Shown: positions 34,102-44,774, counted from the stretch's first letter. The stretch: 64,000 nucleotides of DNA from a virus (IMGVR_UViG_3300036944_000513:37644-101643), one strand, 5' to 3'. Numbers and translations are program-made. The notes: a model not told the origin generated them from the sequence alone.

Positions 34102-35144
34102 TGCGTTTCTCCAAGCAAATATTTGTTGCTGATGCTTTTAAAAGTCATTCCCCCCGCAACATGCTTAAACACAATACCTTCACGCTCCACACTAGGATTC
34201 AGTTTAGACTTATCCTCCGCCCATTGTAGAATTTCTTCCACTGAACCAACGCCAAGGTCTTTATCTACAAACAATACGGGGACATGAAGTAGTTCAAGAG
34301 AATCTACAAAATGACGCCTTACTGCTGGCTCAAAATATTTGCCGCTATTGATATGGTAGCAATCAAATACGCGAAACTCTGGCTTAGATAGCTTATAGAT
34401 ATTACCCTGAATTCCGGGGCCAATCAATTCACCTTGAATAGCAATATCATATGGCAAAGACATAATCTTTTCCTTAATATTGTTTTCAATTGCAGCTTTC
34501 CAGAATGCGTTATTCTCATCTTCCTTCAAGTCAAGATTGCGTGAGCATACACCAAATGTATCACCAATCTTATATACAGTCATCGAAGAGCCTTCCAGCT
34601 TTTCAGTGACTTCAAAGTGCATAGTCTTACATGCTGCAATTTCTTTGGTAAGATTTTGGGCACGTTCTTGATCGGTCTTAGGAATCAGTGATGGGAAGTT
34701 ACCCTTTGCCATGCCAGCCAACTGAGCATTCATAGGCTTTTCCCACTTTTGAATGCCAAGCAGTTCAGATACATCTTGCTCCATAGTAACTGTCCATTTG
34801 TGCGGGCTACCGTTGGCGTCAATGCCATGGATGAAGTTGCCAACTGATGTTTGATAAACCGGTAGCAACAGACCCTGAGACAATTGACCGCGCAACTTTA
34901 CAGTACGCAGACGTTCGCCTTTCACTCCATCGTATTCCCGTGGTTCTTTGCCTTTGCTAAGAAAAGGCGCCAACGCTGTAGGCACCCATGAATCGATCTC
35001 CAAATAAACTGCAAGCTCTCCAACATTATATTCGCCTTTTTTAACAACAACTTTCCAACCACCCACGGTTGCGCATTCAATAGCATCTGCACCCTCGATA
35101 GGATTCAGTGCATCAATCTTTCTAATAGTAGCTAATTTTCTCAT
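34098..35144 (-). CDS. RNA ligase, Rnl2/DraRnl-type (second RNA ligase)
   Basis: N-terminal MRKLATIRKIDALNPIEGADAIECATVGGWKVVVKKGE resembles the N-domain of DraRnl-type ligases; motif-I-like EVTEKLEGSSM (KxxG[ST]). Confidence 0.5.
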   Translation of the reverse strand: MRKLATIRKIDALNPIEGADAIECATVGGWKVVVKKGEYNVGELAVYLEIDSWVPTALAPFLSKGKEPREYDGVKGERLRTVKLRGQLSQGLLLPVYQTSVGNFIHGIDANGSPHKWTVTMEQDVSELLGIQKWEKPMNAQLAGMAKGNFPSLIPKTDQERAQNLTKEIAACKTMHFEVTEKLEGSSMTVYKIGDTFGVCSRNLDLKEDENNAFWKAAIENNIKEKIMSLPYDIAIQGELIGPGIQGNIYKLSKPEFRVFDCYHINSGKYFEPAVRRHFVDSLELLHVPVLFVDKDLGVGSVEEILQWAEDKSKLNPSVEREGIVFKHVAGGMTFKSISNKYLLGETQ

Positions 35145-35351
35145 AATATAATCCTCAATAACAAATCATGATGCAAGTATAACACATTCAATAAAAAAAG
35201 CAACTGGCTTGTTGCATTTATACCACACTAAAATGGTGCATCTTCTAATTCATTCCAGTTAATAGGTTCTGGCTTATCTGGAAAATATGGTACATGCTCA
35301 AGTTTTTCTGGCAACTTAGACGGAAAAGGCCATGTAACTTTTTTCGGAACT

Positions 35352-35579
35352 TCATTCATATTTGACTCCCAATGTAGCTGGATTGTGATCTAACAACAAT
35401 GTTTCTCCATCTTCATAGAGAGTTGCATCTTCATCATCAATTGTAACATACAAATCAGAGTGAAGCAACTCATAATCCTTGAAGCTAAAAGTTTTTTCGG
35501 TATAAACACGAAAGAAATATTTACCGCCCATTGTGCGAATTAAATGACCGGAAACGCCATTTGCCGATTTAATTTTCAT
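35352..35579 (-). CDS. hypothetical protein
   Basis: In-frame ATG at 35579; the track start is GTG. Confidence 0.4.
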   Translation of the reverse strand: MKIKSANGVSGHLIRTMGGKYFFRVYTEKTFSFKDYELLHSDLYVTIDDEDATLYEDGETLLLDHNPATLGVKYE

Positions 35580-35745
35580 CTGGTTGTTCCTCACTGAACC
35601 AGAAAACTATACGGGCAAATGCTGCCGTGATAGAAACATAGCAAAATGCTTCAAAAAATAAAGCTGGATTATGCCATGCATAGTTTCCACTGAAAATGAA
35701 TAATATTACTGCGGAAAGCCATACGCTAATTGGGATACTTTTCAT
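35569..35745 (-). CDS. small membrane protein (58 aa)
   Basis: MKSIPISVWLSAVILFIFSGNYAWHNPALFFEAFCYVSITAAFARIVFWF; below the track cut-off. Confidence 0.4.
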   Translation of the reverse strand: MKSIPISVWLSAVILFIFSGNYAWHNPALFFEAFCYVSITAAFARIVFWFSEEQPDEN

Positions 35746-35748
35746 AAT

Positions 35749-36168
35749 TTAATTCCTGTTAAGATAATCAACTGCCTTCATCACGCCTTCAAGTGTATCA
35801 CCAAGAGACCCAATAGATTTATTACAATCATCGCATAACCAGCCCCTGAATGTTTTAGTAATCGGGTCATGATCTAGAACAAGTCCCCGTATTCTTCTAT
35901 TCGGATTTGCATTTGGGCCACTGTTTGGGGCTTTGCCACAACACTCGCACACACTTGTTTTTGGTGGCGCGGTTAGTCTAATTTTCTCTACTTCTTTACT
36001 TCGCGTTTTAATGCATACCCGGCATCGAGTATCATGCCCATCGGAAATATGTGAATGCTTTGGAAAATCAGTTAACGGCTTATCTTCTTTACAGTATATG
36101 CAGGATTTGGTTGTAACTTCATGTTCTCCAAATACTGTATTAACTTTCAACTGCGCCACCAATAACAT
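35749..36168 (-). CDS. endonuclease VII-family protein (T4 gp49-like Holliday-junction resolvase)
   Basis: LVLDHDPITKTFRGWLCDDCNKSIGSLGD matches the EndoVII signature (LDHDH...RGLLC..CN...G), with an N-terminal Cys cluster. Confidence 0.6.
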   Translation of the reverse strand: MLLVAQLKVNTVFGEHEVTTKSCIYCKEDKPLTDFPKHSHISDGHDTRCRVCIKTRSKEVEKIRLTAPPKTSVCECCGKAPNSGPNANPNRRIRGLVLDHDPITKTFRGWLCDDCNKSIGSLGDTLEGVMKAVDYLNRN

Positions 36169-36649
36169 GATATTTCAACTTAGCTGCTTGATATGCTTCA
36201 CTGGCTAGTTCTGGGGTTTCATAGTGACCAAGGCAAATATCCTTGCCATTCAACATAATTCGTGCCCGCCAAGAACGAGATTTATATTTAGACACACCCA
36301 AATATCCAGATTTTGCTAAAATCTTGTTGATATTAAATTGATTTTCCTGATTGGTAACATCCCGCAAATTACTGAGTTTATTATTTGATCTATTTCCGTC
36401 AATATGATCAATATGATTGGTAGGCCATTTTCCATAAGTAAATAGCCAAGCCAAACGATGGGCGCGATAACTTTTAAAATTAAACTTAATACCAATATAC
36501 CCACGGCTTAAACTACCAATAATATCACCCACTTTAGATTTAGATTTCAATTTAACTTTAATCCAAGTAAAATGACCCGTCTCTGGGTCATAAGACAAAT
36601 ATTGTTTCATTTCTTCCAACAGAGCCGTAACATCATCAACTTTATCCAT
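36140..36649 (-). CDS. HNH homing endonuclease with an AP2 DNA-binding domain
   Basis: HRLAWLFTYGKWPTNHIDHIDGNRSNNKLSNLR (HNH) and GYLGVSKYKSRSWRARI (AP2-like). The in-frame ATG at 36649 has a GGGGGA SD. Confidence 0.6.
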   Translation of the reverse strand: MDKVDDVTALLEEMKQYLSYDPETGHFTWIKVKLKSKSKVGDIIGSLSRGYIGIKFNFKSYRAHRLAWLFTYGKWPTNHIDHIDGNRSNNKLSNLRDVTNQENQFNINKILAKSGYLGVSKYKSRSWRARIMLNGKDICLGHYETPELASEAYQAAKLKYHVIGGAVES

Positions 36650-36712
36650 GCGTCCCCCAATTTTATAAGATTCCAAAGTGTATACTAATTTTACCCGATT
36701 GTCAACTACTTT

Positions 36713-37075
36713 TTAGAAATCGTTATCAACTTCCCATATGCTTCCATCTGCAACATAGGTTGATGGTTCAACATCATAGCCAAGTTCCGGTAACATAAAA
36801 AAATCTTCCGCTGTAATTTCTTCCGCATCAAGTTCAGGATTCAGCCCAAATAATCTTTCGTTTTTAATTATCTGTGTCACTTTCCATTTATGCAATTCAA
36901 CTTCTGGCGTATCCTTTGCCATGTATTCAGTCTGCTTCTTTGAAAAATTAGCTTTCTGTTCATCTGACCAAGTTCTTGAAGCATTGGAGCAAGATTTTGA
37001 ACAAAATGGCCCACGCTGACGGTGCATCAGACTACAAGTAGGACAAGGTTTTTCTAATTTTTTTCTGCGGCCCAT
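36713..37075 (-). CDS. hypothetical zinc-finger protein
   Basis: CPTC...C.KSCSN. Confidence 0.45.
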   Translation of the reverse strand: MGRRKKLEKPCPTCSLMHRQRGPFCSKSCSNASRTWSDEQKANFSKKQTEYMAKDTPEVELHKWKVTQIIKNERLFGLNPELDAEEITAEDFFMLPELGYDVEPSTYVADGSIWEVDNDF

Positions 37076-37292
37076 ATTATTTCTCTATGCAAAAAGCGCC
37101 GAGTGGCGCTTTGTTTTATTCCTCTGTTTCAATTATTCCTTCATCCTCAAGATATTCTATCGTATCTTGAACTCCCTTTACGTGACCAGCTTTGTAACAT
37201 GCATAACATGCTCCGAGCATTAGAAAAATTTGGCCCATATCTAACCAAGAAAAGACATTTTGTGACATTGGTATATTCCTTATATTTTTTTA

Positions 37293-37934
37293 TTATCTTG
37301 CATGGGGCAACCACTTGGTTACTTGTTCTAGCAAGTTTGGCTTTACTGCACTCCACCCTTCCTTTTTAAAAGATTGTTTGTAATAGTTATATGAATTGAG
37401 TTTTCGCTTTTTATCTATGTTATTTAACACTTCATACGGGTCTTGGTTTTTATAATAAAATTTTATCTCCATTGCAATATCATGTCCACGCGCATCCATT
37501 TCATCTGGGTCAATTAAGTATTCAAGCGTATCTTTTTCAGATACTTCATAATTTAAATATAGCTTCTTAAAATTGATTTTCTGAATTGGTTCTCTGCGTT
37601 TAACTCTTTTCCATTGGTCTGAGTGTATTGTTTCATGTTGTATTGTCTGGGATATAGAAAAATGAAACTCTTTAAATTTAGTTGGGGGTAATCTAAGATC
37701 ATCTACATGTTCTGAAAAAAATAAAACTACATGTCTAATGTTTCTATAAGAATCATATACTCCCCCAACTGCATATTCATCTGGGGGAAGATTTATCTTT
37801 TGGAAATTAAACTTCAATGTTTCACTGCCCAATTCAGACTTGAGTAGTTTAACTATTTTTTTATATGAATTTGTCCCAATTAATTCTGGTTTAATATTAC
37901 GAATTCCTTCGTTTATTTTATCAGCAAAATGCAT
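37293..37934 (-). CDS. hypothetical protein
   Basis: 213-aa ORF. Confidence 0.5.
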   Translation of the reverse strand: MHFADKINEGIRNIKPELIGTNSYKKIVKLLKSELGSETLKFNFQKINLPPDEYAVGGVYDSYRNIRHVVLFFSEHVDDLRLPPTKFKEFHFSISQTIQHETIHSDQWKRVKRREPIQKINFKKLYLNYEVSEKDTLEYLIDPDEMDARGHDIAMEIKFYYKNQDPYEVLNNIDKKRKLNSYNYYKQSFKKEGWSAVKPNLLEQVTKWLPHAR

Positions 37935-37988
37935 ATAGTTCTCCCAAACTTTATAAACTTATTTATCGCTTATAAAGTTTAGGAGAAT

Positions 37989-39392
37989 TTAAAACTTAAT
38001 CCCAGAGAAATCTGCCGCTGGTTTGCGACCAAAATCTAATTGACTATTGTGTTCCTTTGCAATTGGCTTTTCTGGCAGTGGTTGCCCAGAATCGGTCAAT
38101 CCTTTTTGTGCATCCGGCTCCAGATCATACAATTTCATTTTTGCTCTATCAATCCCAAGAACAAATCGCTTATAACTATTTGGATCACCATAACGATTTT
38201 TCAATTGCTTAACCATAATCTGATTCATTGCATCCAATTCCTCTGATGCAATCAATGCAAACATCAAGTCAGCAGTAGCAGGGAGTCCAAACGATTCTGA
38301 GGTATCAGTCAATTCAACATCGGTGTTACCATAGCCACCACGAGTAGTTTGTGTAGCACTTAGAATTGGGACATTCATTTCAACCGCAAGTCCCCGCAAT
38401 TCTTCTGCAATGGATTTAATAATGGTGTAACTGTTTACGTTTGATCCACCTTTAAATCTAGAACTGGTACAAATGTTCAAATAGTCAACAATAATAATAT
38501 CTGGCTTAAATGATCGCTTCATGGACAATTCTGTTAGAAGACCTTTGAAGTGTCCAACGTGAGCACCAGCAGTTGGATATTCCTTGATAATCAATCTGCC
38601 TTCGGTTTTATTGCGAATCTTCTCAATTCTACTATCAAATACTTCCCGTGGAATTTCTCTCAACTGATCTAATGTAATATTCATTAGATTGGCATCAATA
38701 CGTTCTGCAATGCGTTCCTCTGCCATTTCAAGGGTAATGTATAGAACATTTCTTCCTTGCGTCAAACAGGCTGCTGCTTGGTGACACATGAATAGAGATT
38801 TTCCTGCACCAGTTCCAGCAAGAATAATATTAAGGGTTTTGTTTGGCATTCCCCCGTTAGTAATCTTGTTCAACAACTCCAAGTCAAATGGAATTCTGGT
38901 TGTTAACTTGTGGTAGAAATCGTAACGACTTTCGGCATTATCAATATAATCGTGTCCAATATTTGTATCAAAGCAAACACTGAGTGCAGCTTGTAGAATT
39001 GATGGAATTCCATCTTTAGATGCAGTGGAATTCTTTTCGTCAATGAGACTAATTGATTCTAAAATTGCATTGTATAATGCCTTATCTTTGCAGAATTTTT
39101 CGCTCTCGACAATCAACCACTCCAAATTATTATCAGTTGGCTCCAGTTGATGAATGATATCCACTACTTGCGCATATTGCATCTCTGCAATCTTTTTATC
39201 ATTTTGAACTGAAATAATCAACGCATCTTGGTCAGGCAATGCATTATATTGATTTATAAAATGAACAATTTTATCAAACACTACCTTCTCATTACTATCA
39301 CTAAAATACTCCCGTGTTAAAAATGGGAGTACCTTTCTCATGTAAATTTCGTTATTAACTAGATTCGCTAAAATTACCTGTTCGATTTTCAT
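37989..39392 (-). CDS. 41: replicative DNA helicase gp41 (DnaB-like)
   Basis: N-terminus MKIEQVILANLVNNEIYMRKVLPFL aligns with T4 gp41 MVEIILSHLIFDQAYFSKVWPYM; Walker A AGTGAGKS; length 467 aa. Confidence 0.9.
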   Translation of the reverse strand: MKIEQVILANLVNNEIYMRKVLPFLTREYFSDSNEKVVFDKIVHFINQYNALPDQDALIISVQNDKKIAEMQYAQVVDIIHQLEPTDNNLEWLIVESEKFCKDKALYNAILESISLIDEKNSTASKDGIPSILQAALSVCFDTNIGHDYIDNAESRYDFYHKLTTRIPFDLELLNKITNGGMPNKTLNIILAGTGAGKSLFMCHQAAACLTQGRNVLYITLEMAEERIAERIDANLMNITLDQLREIPREVFDSRIEKIRNKTEGRLIIKEYPTAGAHVGHFKGLLTELSMKRSFKPDIIIVDYLNICTSSRFKGGSNVNSYTIIKSIAEELRGLAVEMNVPILSATQTTRGGYGNTDVELTDTSESFGLPATADLMFALIASEELDAMNQIMVKQLKNRYGDPNSYKRFVLGIDRAKMKLYDLEPDAQKGLTDSGQPLPEKPIAKEHNSQLDFGRKPAADFSGIKF

Positions 39393-39672
39393 GCTCTTTA
39401 ACTACCTCTTTAATCAGTGTTGCAACTATGTCTTGTAAGATATATTGGAATTCAGTATCAGCATAAATGCTTTCATCAATTCCTTCTGGCTTGTTTACAA
39501 CATGGTAGTTTAGTTGCACTTCATTATCATCGCCAAAGTCAAGTTGTTGAATTTGGATAATTGTTCCATTAAATTTACCCGCAGCCGTTAAAGTTACTCC
39601 CCAATCAGTTTCGCTTACATACCACGGCTCAAAGTTTTCAGACATTTTTAAGTTCATCATCCAGTTCCTCAT
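39355..39672 (-). CDS. hypothetical protein at the T4 gene-40 position
   Basis: 105-aa ORF between gene 41 and uvsX; the start is probably the internal MSENF (39645); no recognisable similarity. Confidence 0.4.
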   Translation of the reverse strand: MRNWMMNLKMSENFEPWYVSETDWGVTLTAAGKFNGTIIQIQQLDFGDDNEVQLNYHVVNKPEGIDESIYADTEFQYILQDIVATLIKEVVKEHENRTGNFSESS

Positions 39673-40729
39673 CGGTCATAGTTCCACCACTTTCAATTTC
39701 TTCATTAATCATCAATCCGCCGTTACTTAGCTGGTATTTTTGTTTAACAAACTCATTAAATCTTTTATCAGCAAGGATAGAAGTCCAGAAATCAGATGTG
39801 TTCGTATCTGCTTCACGATATTTCTTTGCTTCCATTTCTCCGGTTTCCAAATCTACTTTTGAATACCAACCATTGCTTGGCTTTATGACATGCTTTGATT
39901 CAAGAGCAATGTCAAGTAAGCCAGACCACTTGCTGATGCCACCATTATAAGATAGAGAGACAGGTATTTTAGATTTTTCTTTAACATAGCGAGATTTTTC
40001 TACATTGATAATAAAATTGTAACCAGTAACTTCTGTGCCATCTTTTTCTTGCTGGCGACCAAGAATAAAAATATTGTCTGCGCTGTAATAACTTCCAGTG
40101 CCACCACCAACAACATCTTTTGCATATAGCTCAAGAGTTTTATAGGTATGGTTCACCACAATCATTGGAATATCCTTCAATGATAGATGCGGAGTTATCA
40201 TGCGAAACAATGACTTAACTTGTTTTGCTCGGGACATGTCTGCAACAGATTTCCCATCCATTGCATCATCAACTTCCTTCTTGGATGCAAGATTGCCAAT
40301 AGAGTCGATGACAATGATTAGATTATCTCCGCGCTGAACTTCACTTAGCTGCTTCATGATATCAAACTTCAACTGTTCAATGTCGGTGAGCGGCGTATGC
40401 AAAACCCTGCTTGTATCAATTCCAAATGCATCAAAATAACTTTGTGGAGTTCCAAACTCCGAATCATAGAATAGCAATGCTGCTTCTGGGTACTTGTCCA
40501 AATAAGACTTTGCCATCAACAACGAGAACCCGGTCTTAAAGTGTTTTGATGGGCCAGCCCACATAGTAAGTCCCGGAGTCAATCCACCATCCAATTTACC
40601 AGACAATGCAACATTGATGATTGGAATTGATGTTGGAATCATATCCTTCTGATTGAAGAACTTTGACTTTGATAGAATGGCAGAATCCTTGATGCTGCTA
40701 TTCTTTTTAATTTTATCTAGTATGCTCAT
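39638..40729 (-). CDS. uvsX: UvsX recombinase (RecA-like)
   Basis: Close alignment to T4 UvsX throughout, for example VNHTYETQE / GGGTG / FIINVEKSR. Confidence 0.9.
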   Translation of the reverse strand: MSILDKIKKNSSIKDSAILSKSKFFNQKDMIPTSIPIINVALSGKLDGGLTPGLTMWAGPSKHFKTGFSLLMAKSYLDKYPEAALLFYDSEFGTPQSYFDAFGIDTSRVLHTPLTDIEQLKFDIMKQLSEVQRGDNLIIVIDSIGNLASKKEVDDAMDGKSVADMSRAKQVKSLFRMITPHLSLKDIPMIVVNHTYKTLELYAKDVVGGGTGSYYSADNIFILGRQQEKDGTEVTGYNFIINVEKSRYVKEKSKIPVSLSYNGGISKWSGLLDIALESKHVIKPSNGWYSKVDLETGEMEAKKYREADTNTSDFWTSILADKRFNEFVKQKYQLSNGGLMINEEIESGGTMTDEELDDELKNV

Positions 40730-40780
40730 AATTTTCCTATAAAGCTGAATTCTAACTGACTATTATAAAAAATGCAATAC

Positions 40781-41221
40781 TTAATCGCACCAGCTTTTCT
40801 TCGCATCGCCATAATATTCTCTAGCATATCCTTTTTTGATTAGCATTTCGCGTAGACTTTTTCCATCAAGAAAAACATCACCTAAAACTCTGCCGCCGTA
40901 CTTATCCCAATCAATAATGACAATCTCGGTTTTTTTACTATCACGGATAGTTTGCTTGGTAAACTCAGTCGCAGTTTGCCCCAATGTATTTTCCTTTGGA
41001 CACTTTGCTCTAAATCCTTTTTCTGGTGTATCGACACCAAATACTCGAATAGATAATTCTTTCTTCAATGGCTCTGGTAGAAAGTTTGCTTGAAATGCAA
41101 CAGTATCCCCATCAATTACGCGGGTCAAAGGATAGTCATATGTTACTCCATCTTTTTGCTTTTGTGCAAATGCAGATGTTGCCAATACGGCAAGTAAGAT
41201 AAATGTTAGTAATTTTTTCAT
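40781..41221 (-). CDS. secreted thermonuclease (staphylococcal-nuclease/SNase-like)
   Basis: Signal peptide MKKLLTFILLAVLATSAFA; SNase-like RVIDGDTV...VFGVDTPE...YGRVLGDV. Confidence 0.6.
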   Translation of the reverse strand: MKKLLTFILLAVLATSAFAQKQKDGVTYDYPLTRVIDGDTVAFQANFLPEPLKKELSIRVFGVDTPEKGFRAKCPKENTLGQTATEFTKQTIRDSKKTEIVIIDWDKYGGRVLGDVFLDGKSLREMLIKKGYAREYYGDAKKSWCD

Positions 41222-41409
41222 TCTGATAATCCTTTAATTAAATTTTGTATTTCTTCTTGGGTTAGATAGTATTTTTGTACCGTAGGTGCATCTTTTAATC
41301 CCAAATTTTCAGAGATTAATTTAACCTCTTTAATATTGAATTTTGGTATTTCACTGACTACCATTGTAAAACGGTATGCTGGGGTTTCACTGATAATAAA
41401 ATGTTTCAT
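41218..41409 (-). CDS. hypothetical protein
   Basis: 63-aa ORF coupled to its neighbours. Confidence 0.4.
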   Translation of the reverse strand: MKHFIISETPAYRFTMVVSEIPKFNIKEVKLISENLGLKDAPTVQKYYLTQEEIQNLIKGLSE

Positions 41410-43898
41410 GTAAATAATCCTTCAAGGGTTGCTTTGGGTTTGGCTGACCATTTGATGCCTTCCAAAATGGTGTTCAATGGTTCAATGAATGATTTTTCAA
41501 ACATCAAATCATAATCAATATATTTGTGAATATCGAATTCTGCGGGTATGTTATTTATAAATGCAATGCAGTTTTCTCCAATAGTATTTGGCTCTCTCAA
41601 GTAAATAAACTTAACTTTACTCCCTTCTTTAATTTCCTCATAAGTCATATCTAGCTTATGCTTCTTTAGATGGAAATTATAAAGCAATGATCCCCTTACA
41701 TGAATCGGAGTTGCTTTTTTGTATATCATTGAAGAATCGGTATACTTCATCAATCCATTAACGCCACGGGGAAATGCAATATTCTCAGGAGTCATTTTCA
41801 TATACTCAGCTTCAAACTTGGAGATATATTTCTGCAATTCGCTTTCGGTGGATGTTAAAGCCAGATTAACTGCCTTTTTTAACCCTTTACGGATTGGCTC
41901 AGGCGTAGACGATCTAACAATCTCCAATCCCATGACCTTCAATTTTGGTTCAGCGTATTGCACACCTTCATTGTTATAAACATTTAATGCGTATCGTTTC
42001 TTTGCTACCCAAATTCCTCTATCCGCAATTGCTTCGCGCTTAAAGAAAATCTTATTCTCAAATGCATTAGTATTATTTGCAAGTTTCTGACATGCAATAT
42101 TCAATTGCTTCTCAATCTTTTCTTTGCAAATCTTATCAAGAATTTCAATGATCTTTTCTTTGCTGGCATCTTTATAATACTTATCAACCAATGGGCCAAA
42201 TGTTACATAGCATGAATCGGTGTCTGAGTAGAATACATAATCGAACCCAACAGTACCACAGACACCATTCAAATAGTCATTCAATGCCGCAGCAACTTCA
42301 CGAATGATATATTGCCCAGTCATTGTAATACCTTCTGCGATATATGAATCATAGAATCTAAAGTATTCATTGGAGAATGCCCCGAACAATGAGTTAAGCA
42401 AAATCTTGTATGCCATTTGCTTATTATTGAACTTGGAAATCTCATTCAAATACTTTTTGTCCTTAGTATCCTCATACTTAGTCTGTGACGCAAGCATCAG
42501 CTTCTTTGCAGTCTGCCTATTACCAAATAGCTTTGCAGTAATCTCTGGAAACAATCCTTGCTTATCTCTGGAATAGCATCGACCATTTGACGCCATTGCA
42601 TAATCAACTTCTGTTAAGTCACTTAGATCAACATTATTTTTCAATAGCTGTTCAACGGTAATATCAAAGTGTTTAGTATAATTAGGAATTAATGTCTCGG
42701 GAGACATATTATATTGCATAATAATACTTGGATACAAACTTGTTGCATCAAATGATACTACCCAATCATACTGACCGGGAACTGGAGTCTGAACATATGC
42801 ACCAACAATGCTGCGAGAAGGCTTGTGATCCTTCTGCGGAATCATGATATTCTGTTTCCATAGGTGATTATATAAAATACAATCCCACGTTCTAACCGCA
42901 GAAAAGATATCCACGAAATTGCACTTGGCATCATATGCCATAGTCATAATCAAGTCAATAAGACGCATCTTATCTTCAAGTTGATCGACTCGTTCAACGT
43001 CAACAATATTGTATTCTACGAATAGATTCCAATCTTTTGTATAGAATTCCTTGAATGTGGAATATGGATTTTCAAGTTTACCTGCCCCCAATTCAAGTTT
43101 TGCAATATGATCTAGCTTATAACTTTCTTGCACGTTATAAGTAAACTTCTTATACAATTGCAGATAGTCTAGAATAGAAATGCCAAAAATATCATAAACG
43201 ATATCAATGGATTTTCCGCGTTCTATTTCTCTACGATTAACATTTTTCCACGGTGACAATCTATTAAGAAAATCTTTTCCAAGCATCTTCTCAATTCTGG
43301 CACATAAATAGCCAATGTCAAATAGTTCAACATTCCAGCCAGTGACAATATGCGGATAATCTCCCTCAAAGAACTCAATGACGCGCTTCAATAAACCAAT
43401 TTCACTGTGGCAGTTAATATATGTTTTATTCGGGTGAGTTTGCTCATATGGCTTTATGCCAAATGTAGTAATAGCCTTGGATACATTATCCTGAATAGAT
43501 ACCAGAATAACTTCTTCCATGGGGTCGGAAACATCGGGAAACCCATGCTCGACAGTAGTTTCAATATCGAGTGTCCAGATTTTCATCTGTGACGAATCAT
43601 ATTCTATTTCTTCGGGGAAAGTCTCGGTGATGTACTGATATGCGTAATTAGTATTCCCAAAGACTGGGAAGTTAGAAACTTCGCTGTACGTTTTCACATA
43701 TTCTTTGGCATCATTGATATCCGTAAACTTAATAGAATCAAGAGTATCGCCAAAAAGTGATTTGTATTTTGTTTGTTCTTTTGTTTTAACAAACAGGCTT
43801 GGGCGAAAGCCTACCTTTTCATGGACTTGCTTTCCTTCATTGATTCCGCGAACAAGAATCTTGTTTCCATACTGTATGACTGACGTATAAAATCGCAT
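41406..43898 (-). CDS. 43: DNA polymerase gp43 (family B, with 3'-5' exonuclease domain)
   Basis: Exo I DIETT; polymerase motifs DFTSLYPSI and YGDTDS-like (YSDTDSCYV); N- and C-termini align to T4 gp43. The start was moved to MRFY (AAGGA SD) at 43898. Confidence 0.9.
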   Translation of the reverse strand: MRFYTSVIQYGNKILVRGINEGKQVHEKVGFRPSLFVKTKEQTKYKSLFGDTLDSIKFTDINDAKEYVKTYSEVSNFPVFGNTNYAYQYITETFPEEIEYDSSQMKIWTLDIETTVEHGFPDVSDPMEEVILVSIQDNVSKAITTFGIKPYEQTHPNKTYINCHSEIGLLKRVIEFFEGDYPHIVTGWNVELFDIGYLCARIEKMLGKDFLNRLSPWKNVNRREIERGKSIDIVYDIFGISILDYLQLYKKFTYNVQESYKLDHIAKLELGAGKLENPYSTFKEFYTKDWNLFVEYNIVDVERVDQLEDKMRLIDLIMTMAYDAKCNFVDIFSAVRTWDCILYNHLWKQNIMIPQKDHKPSRSIVGAYVQTPVPGQYDWVVSFDATSLYPSIIMQYNMSPETLIPNYTKHFDITVEQLLKNNVDLSDLTEVDYAMASNGRCYSRDKQGLFPEITAKLFGNRQTAKKLMLASQTKYEDTKDKKYLNEISKFNNKQMAYKILLNSLFGAFSNEYFRFYDSYIAEGITMTGQYIIREVAAALNDYLNGVCGTVGFDYVFYSDTDSCYVTFGPLVDKYYKDASKEKIIEILDKICKEKIEKQLNIACQKLANNTNAFENKIFFKREAIADRGIWVAKKRYALNVYNNEGVQYAEPKLKVMGLEIVRSSTPEPIRKGLKKAVNLALTSTESELQKYISKFEAEYMKMTPENIAFPRGVNGLMKYTDSSMIYKKATPIHVRGSLLYNFHLKKHKLDMTYEEIKEGSKVKFIYLREPNTIGENCIAFINNIPAEFDIHKYIDYDLMFEKSFIEPLNTILEGIKWSAKPKATLEGLFT

Positions 43899-43946
43899 AA
43901 TATCCTTAGACTCAAATTCATATCTTACCACACCCCAACACGAATG

Positions 43947-44774
43947 TCAACTGATCGCACATGGAAATACCAATTCCTGAACAATTTCTTCTGCGGAGTA
44001 GCTGCTATAATAGCCCAAGTTTTTAAGTTTAGAATTATCCATGTACATTGACTTCACCTGTACAATTTTATGGAAGTCTGCCTGCGGAATATTCTTGATC
44101 TGAGATGTTGACAATGATATTTTTTTAGCATATCTAATAATATCACCAAAGTTCACTGGAATCCCATTGCCAACATTATAAATTGTATTATACTCGCCAA
44201 CAGTTACAATCATGTTGATTGCTCTACACAAGTCTGATACATGAATATAATCACGATAAAAATCACCGTTATCGTATAATTCAATATCTCTATTTGCGCT
44301 AATTTCATTAACAAGATATGTTAATGCATTTTTCTTTTTCGATACTTTTTTATCGTTTCCACCAACTACATTTGCAAATCTCAAAATGCGATACTTTATA
44401 TTAAAGGTTTCGCAGTATGAGATAAGCAACTGTTCAGCGGTGCGTTTGGTGATGGAATAAAATCCTTTTGGATTACATGGTGATGTTTCTTTTGCTGGCA
44501 ATTCGGTATCACCATAAACAAACCATGAACTAACAAAATTGAAAACTGTGTCAGGATTATCCTTACACTTTTCTAATACTCGCATGAGAGTTGTTAGATT
44601 AGTTTCAATATCTATAAAAGGATTTGTTGAAACCGAATAGTTATCAACTGTAGAAATCATGTATAAAATATCATTTAACTTTGGGGTCAAATCATTTCTA
44701 TCATTGACGATGCACATATACTTAGAAGCATATGCTGAACCAACATACCCCTTTCCACCAAACACATTAATCAT
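43947..44774 (-). CDS. NAD(P)-dependent SDR epimerase/reductase (nucleotide-sugar modifying)
   Basis: GGKGYVG Rossmann motif and a YSITK catalytic YxxxK. Confidence 0.55.
   Translation of the reverse strand: MINVFGGKGYVGSAYASKYMCIVNDRNDLTPKLNDILYMISTVDNYSVSTNPFIDIETNLTTLMRVLEKCKDNPDTVFNFVSSWFVYGDTELPAKETSPCNPKGFYSITKRTAEQLLISYCETFNIKYRILRFANVVGGNDKKVSKKKNALTYLVNEISANRDIELYDNGDFYRDYIHVSDLCRAINMIVTVGEYNTIYNVGNGIPVNFGDIIRYAKKISLSTSQIKNIPQADFHKIVQVKSMYMDNSKLKNLGYYSSYSAEEIVQELVFPCAIS

Noticed and set aside
40729-41406. Search for beta-glucosyltransferase, dCMP hydroxymethylase (gene 42) and imm at the T4 position between uvsX and gene 43
   Set aside because: Only an SNase-like nuclease and a 63-aa ORF are present, with no GT-B or thymidylate-synthase-like fold. 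hmC-glucose genes, if any, must lie outside this window.
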